The notes beneath the pieces were generated by a model, which searched no databases, had not been told where the DNA came from, and saw only the letters and a program-made list of their open reading frames with translations. A stretch of 64,000 nucleotides of DNA from positions 1,046 through 65,045 of the forward strand of contig CAZZJC010000025.1 in assembly GCA_964654285.1 (NCBI GenBank), in the 5' to 3' direction. The translations under genes and the position numbers were made by a program. Below are positions 16,573 to 24,338 of the stretch, one piece after another. Within the stretch, counting starts at the first letter, position 1; the number at the start of each line of letters is the position of its first letter. The stretch comes from an uncultured Candidatus Kuenenia sp. (GTDB lineage Bacteria; Planctomycetota; UBA11346).

Positions 16573-17028
16573 TCAGGCGCTGGCGCTGCCTTCGCTCACC
16601 TCGCGTTCGAGGTGGTCGAAGGCGATGCTCACGCTTTCGATCGCGACGGTGTTGGCGAGGCCATCCATCGGCTGGGCGCGCCAGCGGCTCGGCCAGGCCT
16701 CGTACAGGTTCCAGCGCACCTCGCGGCCGCTGCGCTGCGGATCGAGCAGGGCGATGGTCAGGTTCTGCTTGTAGCTGTCGGCGGACAGGGCCGCCTCGAA
16801 CCAGCGCCAGAGGTCGAGCGAGGTCGAGACGCCGTACCACAGTTCGAGTTCGGCATAGTCGACCCGGCCGCGCAGCTTGCGCACATGTTCGGAGCCGCCT
16901 TCGCGGTAGGCGATCGGCTCGATCCGGGCTTCGAGCCCGGTGATCGAGGTGAAATAGCCCTTGGCCTCGTTGCCGATGCGCAGGGCGAAGTTGTAGGAAC
17001 GGAACGGTTCGTTGCGGGGATCGGGCAT
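16573..17028 (-). CDS. Contractile-tail tube protein (T4 gp19 / Afp1-type)
   Basis: 151 aa. FRSYNFALRIGNEAKGYFTSITGLEARIEPIAYREGG is the conserved tube signature. Confidence 0.9.
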   Translation of the reverse strand: MPDPRNEPFRSYNFALRIGNEAKGYFTSITGLEARIEPIAYREGGSEHVRKLRGRVDYAELELWYGVSTSLDLWRWFEAALSADSYKQNLTIALLDPQRSGREVRWNLYEAWPSRWRAQPMDGLANTVAIESVSIAFDHLEREVSEGSASA

Positions 17029-17047
17029 GGGTGGCTTTCGTTGGGGA

Positions 17048-18307
17048 TTACTGGTGCTGCGCCTGGCCGGCGCTCTGGCTGATGCGGAAGATCACGAACT
17101 CGGCCGGGCGGATCACCGACAGGCCGACGAGGGTCACGACCTGGCCGGCCTGGATGACCTCCTCGGTGTTGGTGTCGGCATCGCATTTGACGAAGAACGC
17201 CTGTTCCGGCGTATCGCCGCGCAGCTGCCCCTGGGACCAGAGCAGGCGCAGGAAGCCGCTGATGTCGCGCCGGATCGCGTTCCACAGCGGTTCGTGGTTG
17301 GCCTCGAAGACGATCCAGCGGGTGTTCTCGCGGATCGACTTCTCGACCATGCTGACGAAGCGGCGCACCGGCACGTAGCGGTATTCGCTCGCCTCGTCGT
17401 CCAACGTGCGCGCGCCCCAGACCAGGATGCCCTGCTTGCTGAACGAGCGGATGATGTTCACCCCGCGCGGGTTCAGGCTGCCCTGGTCCTGGTCGTTGAG
17501 CTTGTGCACGACGCCGACCGCGCCGCGCAGGGTCTCATTCGCCGGGGCCTTGTGCACGCCGCGCACCGCGTCGGTGCGGGCGTAGACGCCGGCGAGGTGG
17601 CCGGAGGGGAACGCGGTGATGACGGTCGCGGGCGCGGCCTGTCCCGGCGCCGGACGGTGGAATTCCTTGAGCGGATCGTCGACCAGGATGGCCGGATAGT
17701 AGAACGCGCCGTAGCCGCCCTTGGAATTGCGCGGCCGCAGCCCCGTCTTGGCGGGAGCGGTCTCATCCTGGTCCTTCTTCTTGCGACCGCCGCCTTCGGC
17801 CACCGCCTCGCCGACTTCGCGCAGGGCGCCGAGATCGACAGGTTCCTTGGGCGGATCGAGGATGGCGACGCGGTCGCCGAGATTCTCGCAATGGGTGAGC
17901 AGCGCCTCGTAGTCGGCCGGGGCGATGCGGCCCGGCGCGGCGACGATGGCGACCTCGTCCTCGCGCGCGATGAGGTCGAGACCTTGGGCCAGGGTGCCCT
18001 GCTCGCCGAGGTTCACCACGAAGCAGCGGCCGCCGAGGTTGTCGAAGAAGCCGCGCACCGCGAGGGCGAGGTCGGTGGGATCGTTCTCACCCGCGGCTTC
18101 GCCCACGAATTCGCGGACGAACTGCATCCACGAGGTGATCGCCACGGCCTGCAGGCGGACCTGGCCGGAGGCGGTGGTGGTGACGTGGGCGCGCTTGCTC
18201 GGCGCGAGGCCGATGAAGGCGGCGGTGCGGGTGCCGACCGCCTGGATCGGGTGCGTGCCGGAGGAGACCTCCTCCACGTACACGCCAGGGTAAAGGTATT
18301 CAGGCAT
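17048..18307 (-). CDS. Contractile-tail sheath protein
   Basis: 419 aa. N-terminus YLYPGVYVEEVSSGTHPIQAVGTRTAAFIG and C-terminal RRDISGFLRLLWSQGQLRG are typical sheath motifs. GGAGA about 7 nt upstream of the ATG. Confidence 0.92.
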   Translation of the reverse strand: MPEYLYPGVYVEEVSSGTHPIQAVGTRTAAFIGLAPSKRAHVTTTASGQVRLQAVAITSWMQFVREFVGEAAGENDPTDLALAVRGFFDNLGGRCFVVNLGEQGTLAQGLDLIAREDEVAIVAAPGRIAPADYEALLTHCENLGDRVAILDPPKEPVDLGALREVGEAVAEGGGRKKKDQDETAPAKTGLRPRNSKGGYGAFYYPAILVDDPLKEFHRPAPGQAAPATVITAFPSGHLAGVYARTDAVRGVHKAPANETLRGAVGVVHKLNDQDQGSLNPRGVNIIRSFSKQGILVWGARTLDDEASEYRYVPVRRFVSMVEKSIRENTRWIVFEANHEPLWNAIRRDISGFLRLLWSQGQLRGDTPEQAFFVKCDADTNTEEVIQAGQVVTLVGLSVIRPAEFVIFRISQSAGQAQHQ

Positions 18308-18364
18308 CGGGATCTCCGGGGTTGGGATGCGGGTTGGGGGTGAGGGGAATGGAGAGTGGAGCGT

Positions 18365-19084
18365 TCACGGATCCGGAACGGTCAGATCGAGCCGCGTCGG
18401 CAGCGGATCCGGCAGGTCGAGCGGGACGAGGCGCCCGCGCACGTCGGCGGTCAGGCGGGTCGGCGCGGGAACGCCCGCGAACGACAGGGTGAAGCCGCCG
18501 TCGTGGCCGGTGCGCACCGGCTCGCCCGCCCCGGAGACCGGAACACCCACCAGCGGATGCCCGGCGGCGGTGCGCAGCCGGCCGTGGATCTGCCGGCGCG
18601 TGGCCTGGTGCAGGACGAGCGGTTCGAGGACGATGCCGGGCAGCGGATCCGGCCGGGCGCGCAGGACGAGCAGGCGCAGGCCGAGCGCAGGCAGCGGCGG
18701 CAGCCCGTGCGCCTGCCACCAGGCGGGTGGCGGGGTCTCGGGATCGGGTTCGCTGCTCTCGGGCAGGACGGGTTTGCCGGCCTGGAGCGCGAAGGCGAGT
18801 TCGCCCAGCCGGTCGTGGGCGGCGGGGTCGGTGCCGCGCGCAGCCAGGACGAAGTGGGCCTGGATGGCGAGGGGCGGCCGGGCGCCCGGACCGCCCAGGC
18901 GCGGTGGCGCGGTCGAGAGGCCGCGCAGCAGGCAGAGCAATCCGGCGCTGCCGGATTCGGCGCCGGTCGCCACCGCGCAGCCGGGAACGACGCCGCCCAT
19001 CCAGGCCACGATCTGCCGGGTGGCCTCGCCCAGCGTGCTGGGCGGTCCAGGTGGACCCGGCGGATTGACGGCAGCCTTGGGCAT
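18365..19084 (-). CDS. DUF4255 (Pvc16/Afp16-type) cap/terminator-like protein with CarboxypepD_reg-like C-domain
   Basis: 239 aa from ATG 19084 (an alternative GTG lies at 19150). PLAIQAHFVLAARGTDPAAHDRLGELAFALQAGKPVL fits the DUF4255 core. C-terminus is GRLRTAAGHPLVGVPVSG...GGFTLSF. Confidence 0.72.
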   Translation of the reverse strand: MPKAAVNPPGPPGPPSTLGEATRQIVAWMGGVVPGCAVATGAESGSAGLLCLLRGLSTAPPRLGGPGARPPLAIQAHFVLAARGTDPAAHDRLGELAFALQAGKPVLPESSEPDPETPPPAWWQAHGLPPLPALGLRLLVLRARPDPLPGIVLEPLVLHQATRRQIHGRLRTAAGHPLVGVPVSGAGEPVRTGHDGGFTLSFAGVPAPTRLTADVRGRLVPLDLPDPLPTRLDLTVPDP

Positions 19085-19105
19085 CGGGCGCTCGATTCGC
19101 TGGCG

Positions 19106-19121
19106 TGGCAATATCGTTGCA
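19106..19121 (+). promoter_or_regulatory. Sigma-54-type -24/-12 promoter-like motif
   Basis: TGGCAA-N5-TTGCA with consensus spacing (TGGCAC-N5-TTGCW). Lies in the divergent intergenic region, about 215 nt upstream of ATG 19339. Single-motif call that could be chance. Confidence 0.3.
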
Positions 19122-19338
19122 GGTGATTCTGAGCGACGACCCAGGGGCACCAGAGACGATCGCGGGGGAACATGGAAGCCGAGCTTTGCGTTTCAAGTCC
19201 GGCTTCCCAAACGTCCGACCTTGTCGGCAAATGGTTGCACTTTCTCCCCCGCCCCCTCATGGTGCCGCACTCTGTAGGTGGCGTTTCAGACCCGCGACCG
19301 TTCTTGCCCCCATTCATCCTCGTCGTGCGAGCCGCTGC

Positions 19339-22300
19339 ATGAACCCACGTCTTCCCTGGTATTTCTGGGTGATCCTGAGCGTTATCCTGCTCGGGCTGTC
19401 GGCCCTGATCGGGGGCTGCACCGAGGGTCGCGCGGTGACCGTGAGCGCCAGCCGCACGGGCGGGGTGACCACCTATACCACGGTCGCGGGCGTGGTCGCG
19501 CCGGCGGCCGTTCCGGCGCCCGCCGCTGCGAGTGCTTCGGTCAACCATATCCGTGCAGGAATGACGGTGGTGATCAGTGGTTTCACGGATGCGACCCTGA
19601 ACGGGACGTTCACGGTGACGGGTCCGCCGGCGGGTGTCGCAGCCCCGGCGCTGGGCCAGTTCACGGTGGCCCAGAGCGGCCCGAACACGGCCCCGGCGGC
19701 GACCGGCAGCGTCCTCGTCCAGGGTTCGGTCGGAGGCCGTATCGGCGAGGCGATGATCCTCGGCCTGTTCGGCGCGTGGCTCTCGGCCGGCTTCGTCTGG
19801 CTGCTGCTGCGCTGGGGGAATTACCGGCCGTGGACCGGGGCGGTGATCGGCTTCGCGTTCTTCCTCTCGCCGCTGTGGATCGTGCTGGAGCTGGGCTGGT
19901 GGATCGCCGGGCGCATCGCCGGACGCGACTGGCGCTTCCATGCCACGCCGCTCGCACTGGTGCTGCTCGCGCTGACGGTCGGCTGGTACGCCGGCACCCA
20001 GGACGGCACCTGGCGCATCCGCACCTGGAACGTGCTCTGGCAGATGCCGATCGACCACACCTGGGGCCTCTCGGGCACCACCAACGCGGCGCTGGTCAAG
20101 CTGGTCAATGGGCCGGATGAGCACGTCAAACCCGAATACGCCGCGCCGATGTCGGTGGCCGGGCGCACCGACTACCACCAGTACGTCAACGGCTTCGCGA
20201 TCGCGCCGACGGCGGTGTTCACCCAGGGCATGACGATGAGCAACCAGGCCGGCATCAGCCTGGGCGGCACCATCACCGGCGACGGCAACCCCAATCCGCT
20301 GTCGACGCACGAAGAACAGCACATCCTGCAAAACCGCATCTTCGGGCCGCTGTTCACCTCGACCTACCTGGGCTGGATGGGAGTGACCCTGCTGCCGTCG
20401 GTGCTGGCGGGCGGTGGAGCCGGCAACCTGGCCGGTGGCATCATGGCCTGGACCTACGCCAACAATCCGTTCGAGGTCTGGGGCTACACCACCGGAGGCA
20501 GTCCGACCGGCCTGGTCGGTACTCCGGGCACGGCCGCTCTGCTGTGGGCCAGTCCGCTCACCGGTCTTGCGACCTGGACCGCCGGCCCGGTGGTGTTCTT
20601 CACTCTGCTGCTGCTCTTCGGGCTGCTGACGATGATCGTCGCCATCCTGAGCGCGTGGTGGCCCGGCCGGGCGCGCTGGTGGGCGGTCTTCGGTGAGGGC
20701 GGCGGCTGCGGCCTCCTGCGCTACCTGCTCCTGGGCGGCAACCTCGCGGCGAATACCGGGTTGACCATCGCCCTCTGGACGGCCTCGCCGGCCATGGGCG
20801 TGGTCGGCCTCATCGGCACGGTGCTGACGCTCCTCGCCTGGTTCCCGGTCATCGCCGGCAGCCGCATCGGCCACAACCTGATCGGCTGCGCCAACCTGCT
20901 CGCCCCCACGGCGCAGCTGGCGACGGTGCTGGGGCTGGTGGCGTTGCTGCTCGGCCTGATCGGGGTGCCGATCGGCTGGCTCTGCCGCCTGCGTTCCGAT
21001 CCGGCCGACCCCAACTGCCGGGAACCTGCTGCGACACCGAATTGGGATGGGTCGTCAGGCCCCAGCCTGCCCACCTGCGTCGGCGGCCTGGCGCTGGACC
21101 GCCCGACACCGATGTCCGCGTTCTTCGCCTTCGACCGCCTGCGCGGCCGGGCCGGCCCGCTGCGGCTGGTCGTGGTCGGCACCTGGCTTTCGCGCCTGCA
21201 TCCGGTCGGGGTGTCGTTCGGCCTGCTGACCTTCCTGAATCCGGACCGACTGCTGCCCGACGATTCCATGCCCGAGGCCGACGACCGCTTCCTCGCCGGT
21301 CTCTGCCTGAACAACGCCGCGTATGGATTCTGGCAGTACGCCCGCTTCTTTGATATGGGCCAGCCCGGATTCCCGGATCCCCGGCGCGATGCGGACCAGA
21401 CCCCGGTGCTGACCCGCTCCTTCTGGGATCTGCTGGCGGAAAGCGCGGTTCCGGTCGGCACCCGCAGCACCACCGCGCTCAACCAGGAGCCCGAGCGTCC
21501 GCGCCTGCCGCAATGGGGCGATGCGCCGGGGGCGGACCGCTTCGAGCATGCACCGCTGGTGGCCGGGGTGCTGTTCTCGGCCTTCTGGCTCATCCTCATC
21601 GCCGCCTTCGCGACCTGGGGCTGGCCGGGGGTGCCCGATTCCTGCGTCGCGACCAACACCTGCTACAGCGAGAAGCACCCGCTGCCGCCCGGCACCGTGG
21701 TCCCCGCGCCCTGGACCGGCACGGGTTGGGCCGCCGACGGCATCAAGCAGCCGTCGAACACCTGGTCCGACCTCGCCTATGTCATCTTCGGCCTGGTCAT
21801 CCTCTGGCAGGCCGGGCGCGACCGCCGCCGGGCCGGTTCGGGCGGCGAACCGCCGGCGAATCCGATGCTGGAACCGTCGTTCTTCGCGATCAGCTATGGC
21901 TTCATCACCATCTTCCTCGGCTTCGGCAGCATGCTCTTCCATGCCTCGCTCACCGCCTGGGGCGGGTACTGCGACAACCTGTCGATGTACCTGTGGACGT
22001 CGTGGCTGATCGCCTACGACATCACCCGCCTGAACCAGGCCGAACGGCGCGGCTGGTCGCTCGGGCTGTTCGCCCTGGTCTTCACCCCGCTCATCCTGAT
22101 CACCTGCCTGATCCGCGCCCTGGTGCCGGAGAGCAGCCTGATCATCTTCACCGTGCTGGTCGTGACCGCCATCGCCATCGGGGTCTGGATGATCAATCTG
22201 CGCCAGGCCGGCGGAGTGGTGCGCGAACCGCATGCGACGGTGTGGAAGGCCAGCTTCCTGTCCTGGATCTGGGCCGGCCTGGGCGTCTTCGTCGGGGCGT

Positions 22301-22581
22301 TCGCGACCTGGAACCTGTCCTCGGATGGTCGGCCGCTGAGCGATCCCGACAGCTACTTCCAGGGCCATGCGTTCTGGCACATCGGCGGCGCGTTCACCGC
22401 CTTCGCGGTGTGGCTCAACCTGCGCAGCGAGACCACGGCCATGAACCCGCCCGCGATCAGCGTCGGCGGGGTCTTCCGCGACCTGCTCATGGGTTTCCTC
22501 GGCACGCTCGCCCGCCTGCCGCAGCTCATCTTCTGGGGCCTGATCCCGTTGACGCTCTTCCTGATCTTCCACCTCATCTGA
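19339..22581 (+). CDS. Giant polytopic membrane (lipo)protein: beta-rich N-domain, HExxH region, C-terminal alkaline-ceramidase/CREST-like 7TM domain
   Basis: 1080 aa from ATG 19339. Signal/lipobox-like VILLGLSALIGGC. HEEQHILQN (HExxHxxQ). C-terminal motifs KQPSNTWSDLAY, GSMLFHASLTAWGGYCDNLSMY and GHAFWHIGGAF match ceramidase-family conserved positions. Confidence 0.75.
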   Translation: MNPRLPWYFWVILSVILLGLSALIGGCTEGRAVTVSASRTGGVTTYTTVAGVVAPAAVPAPAAASASVNHIRAGMTVVISGFTDATLNGTFTVTGPPAGVAAPALGQFTVAQSGPNTAPAATGSVLVQGSVGGRIGEAMILGLFGAWLSAGFVWLLLRWGNYRPWTGAVIGFAFFLSPLWIVLELGWWIAGRIAGRDWRFHATPLALVLLALTVGWYAGTQDGTWRIRTWNVLWQMPIDHTWGLSGTTNAALVKLVNGPDEHVKPEYAAPMSVAGRTDYHQYVNGFAIAPTAVFTQGMTMSNQAGISLGGTITGDGNPNPLSTHEEQHILQNRIFGPLFTSTYLGWMGVTLLPSVLAGGGAGNLAGGIMAWTYANNPFEVWGYTTGGSPTGLVGTPGTAALLWASPLTGLATWTAGPVVFFTLLLLFGLLTMIVAILSAWWPGRARWWAVFGEGGGCGLLRYLLLGGNLAANTGLTIALWTASPAMGVVGLIGTVLTLLAWFPVIAGSRIGHNLIGCANLLAPTAQLATVLGLVALLLGLIGVPIGWLCRLRSDPADPNCREPAATPNWDGSSGPSLPTCVGGLALDRPTPMSAFFAFDRLRGRAGPLRLVVVGTWLSRLHPVGVSFGLLTFLNPDRLLPDDSMPEADDRFLAGLCLNNAAYGFWQYARFFDMGQPGFPDPRRDADQTPVLTRSFWDLLAESAVPVGTRSTTALNQEPERPRLPQWGDAPGADRFEHAPLVAGVLFSAFWLILIAAFATWGWPGVPDSCVATNTCYSEKHPLPPGTVVPAPWTGTGWAADGIKQPSNTWSDLAYVIFGLVILWQAGRDRRRAGSGGEPPANPMLEPSFFAISYGFITIFLGFGSMLFHASLTAWGGYCDNLSMYLWTSWLIAYDITRLNQAERRGWSLGLFALVFTPLILITCLIRALVPESSLIIFTVLVVTAIAIGVWMINLRQAGGVVREPHATVWKASFLSWIWAGLGVFVGAFATWNLSSDGRPLSDPDSYFQGHAFWHIGGAFTAFAVWLNLRSETTAMNPPAISVGGVFRDLLMGFLGTLARLPQLIFWGLIPLTLFLIFHLI

Positions 22582-22601
22582 CCGCAAGGAACCAGACCCC
22601 C

Positions 22602-24338
22602 ATGCCGACCCGTCCTCATTCCCGGTCCCCACGCCCGGCCCTGACCTGGATCGTGCCCGCCCTCGCCGCCCTCGCCCTCGCCGGGTGCGGGCGCGAGCAC
22701 GTCAAGTTCGGTCCGACCCTGGAAGGCGAGACCGACCGCATGGACCTGCTCGACATCCCGACCATCCACTCGATCGGCGAGTCGACGATCCTGACCTTCG
22801 AGCCGGGCAAGCCGCTGGAGATCAAGATCCTCGGCAACGATCTCAACGATCCCGACCTGTCGTGGAACATCTCGATCAACGGCATCGCCCCGCTGCACGC
22901 GGGCGACGATTATGTCCTGCGCCGCAACACCAAGGCGACGGCCGACATCAAGGCGAAGGAGTTCGGCGAGGATCCCCTCGCCCTGGTGCTGAAGCCCGAT
23001 TACGTCAACCGCGTCCGCTCCGGCGATCCCCTGACCGTCACCGTCCAGGTCGCCAACAACCGCCTCGCCCGACGCTATCTGGGGGTCAACGACAACATCA
23101 AGGCGATCCAGGACAAGATCGCGCAGCTGCGCATCCTGCGCGCCGACATCCAGGGCTGGATCCTGGAGGCCCAGGAGGCCGAGGCGAAGAATCCCTCGCC
23201 GACGAAGCCCGGCCCCGCGAACGCGCTGAAGATCAGCGAACCGGCGCTCGCCGCCTTGCGCCTGCGCCTGCTGCGCGCTCTGCAGCCGATCTCGGCCGAG
23301 TTGTCGAGCATCCATGAGGCCACCGTCGACGGTCGCGACACCCTGACCCAGGTTCTCGCCGACCTGCGCCAGATCGATGTCGGCTCTGCGGATTTCCCGC
23401 AGCAGTACGAACGCATGGAGCAGCACCTGGTCAAGCTGCGCAGCATCTTCAAGGATTTCCTGCGCACCAACGTCAGCGTCTCGCCGATCGTCGCCTCGGC
23501 TTCGCGCCATTTCCTGCTCATATCGGCCGAGGACTACCGCCGGCGCTTCCTGGGGTCGGTCGTGCCGCTCAACGAGATCAGCGCCTTCCCCCTGCCGGAC
23601 GAGCAGGCGCGGCGCATCTTCGGCCCGGTGGTCGCCGAGCAGTTCTTCGTGGTCGCGTTGTCGATCAGCAACTTCAGCGGCCAGGACCGTCTGATCGACA
23701 CCGGCATGATCAAGGCTTCCGGCCGGGCGTTGATCTGTCCTCCCTCCGACGCGAGCCTGGGCGGGCCGGTCTTCAACTACACGGTGCCGATCGAGGTCGT
23801 GCCGCAGAGCGTGGAGCAGGTCTACACCCTGGTCAGCGACACCAAGTCGGCGCAGTCGCGCGAATGGGTGTTCCGTTCGCTCGAATTCGCCGGCGCCCTC
23901 GCCACCGCCACCGTGGTCGCGTTCAAGCCCGAGGTCGACCTGATCAAGGGCATGGCGATGTTCGCCGGGGTCGCGCTGCCGGGCGCCAAGGCGCTCTGGC
24001 CCGATGACGTGCCGGGCTACCAGCGCAACATCATCGCCTTCGGCATGCCGGATCTGGTGAAGATCAACGGCAAGAGCACGGTCGGCCACAAGGTGCTGTT
24101 CTTTTCCAAGGAGAAGCTCCAGCTCATGGTCTCGGACCCGATGCAGTTCGGGTTCCGCAAGGGCAACGAGGTGCACCACCCCGAGCAGTACGTCATCCAG
24201 CTCGCCTTCGACAGCCTGATGGTGACCTTCGACAACATCACCACCCCGGTCAAGGCGGGTGACGCGGCCGGCCCGTCGGCCCCTGCCGCCGTCCCCGCTC
24301 CTGCCCCCGCCAGTCTGCCGAGGGCCGCCGCGCCGTGA
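22602..24338 (+). CDS. Lipoprotein, unknown function
   Basis: 578 aa from ATG 22602 (AAGGA upstream). Lipobox LALAGC. The upstream part of the 941-aa ORF overlaps the preceding gene and is rejected. Confidence 0.7.
   Translation: MPTRPHSRSPRPALTWIVPALAALALAGCGREHVKFGPTLEGETDRMDLLDIPTIHSIGESTILTFEPGKPLEIKILGNDLNDPDLSWNISINGIAPLHAGDDYVLRRNTKATADIKAKEFGEDPLALVLKPDYVNRVRSGDPLTVTVQVANNRLARRYLGVNDNIKAIQDKIAQLRILRADIQGWILEAQEAEAKNPSPTKPGPANALKISEPALAALRLRLLRALQPISAELSSIHEATVDGRDTLTQVLADLRQIDVGSADFPQQYERMEQHLVKLRSIFKDFLRTNVSVSPIVASASRHFLLISAEDYRRRFLGSVVPLNEISAFPLPDEQARRIFGPVVAEQFFVVALSISNFSGQDRLIDTGMIKASGRALICPPSDASLGGPVFNYTVPIEVVPQSVEQVYTLVSDTKSAQSREWVFRSLEFAGALATATVVAFKPEVDLIKGMAMFAGVALPGAKALWPDDVPGYQRNIIAFGMPDLVKINGKSTVGHKVLFFSKEKLQLMVSDPMQFGFRKGNEVHHPEQYVIQLAFDSLMVTFDNITTPVKAGDAAGPSAPAAVPAPAPASLPRAAAP

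Noticed and set aside
3176-19084. Interpreting the cluster as a type VI secretion system or as a prophage tail
   Set aside because: There are no TssB/TssC split sheath, TssJ/L/M, TssK or ClpV genes. There are also no capsid, portal, terminase, integrase or lysis genes on either flank, and both flanks are visible in the window. DUF4255, the LysM gpX-like protein and tail protein I point to the eCIS/phage-tail-like particle family.
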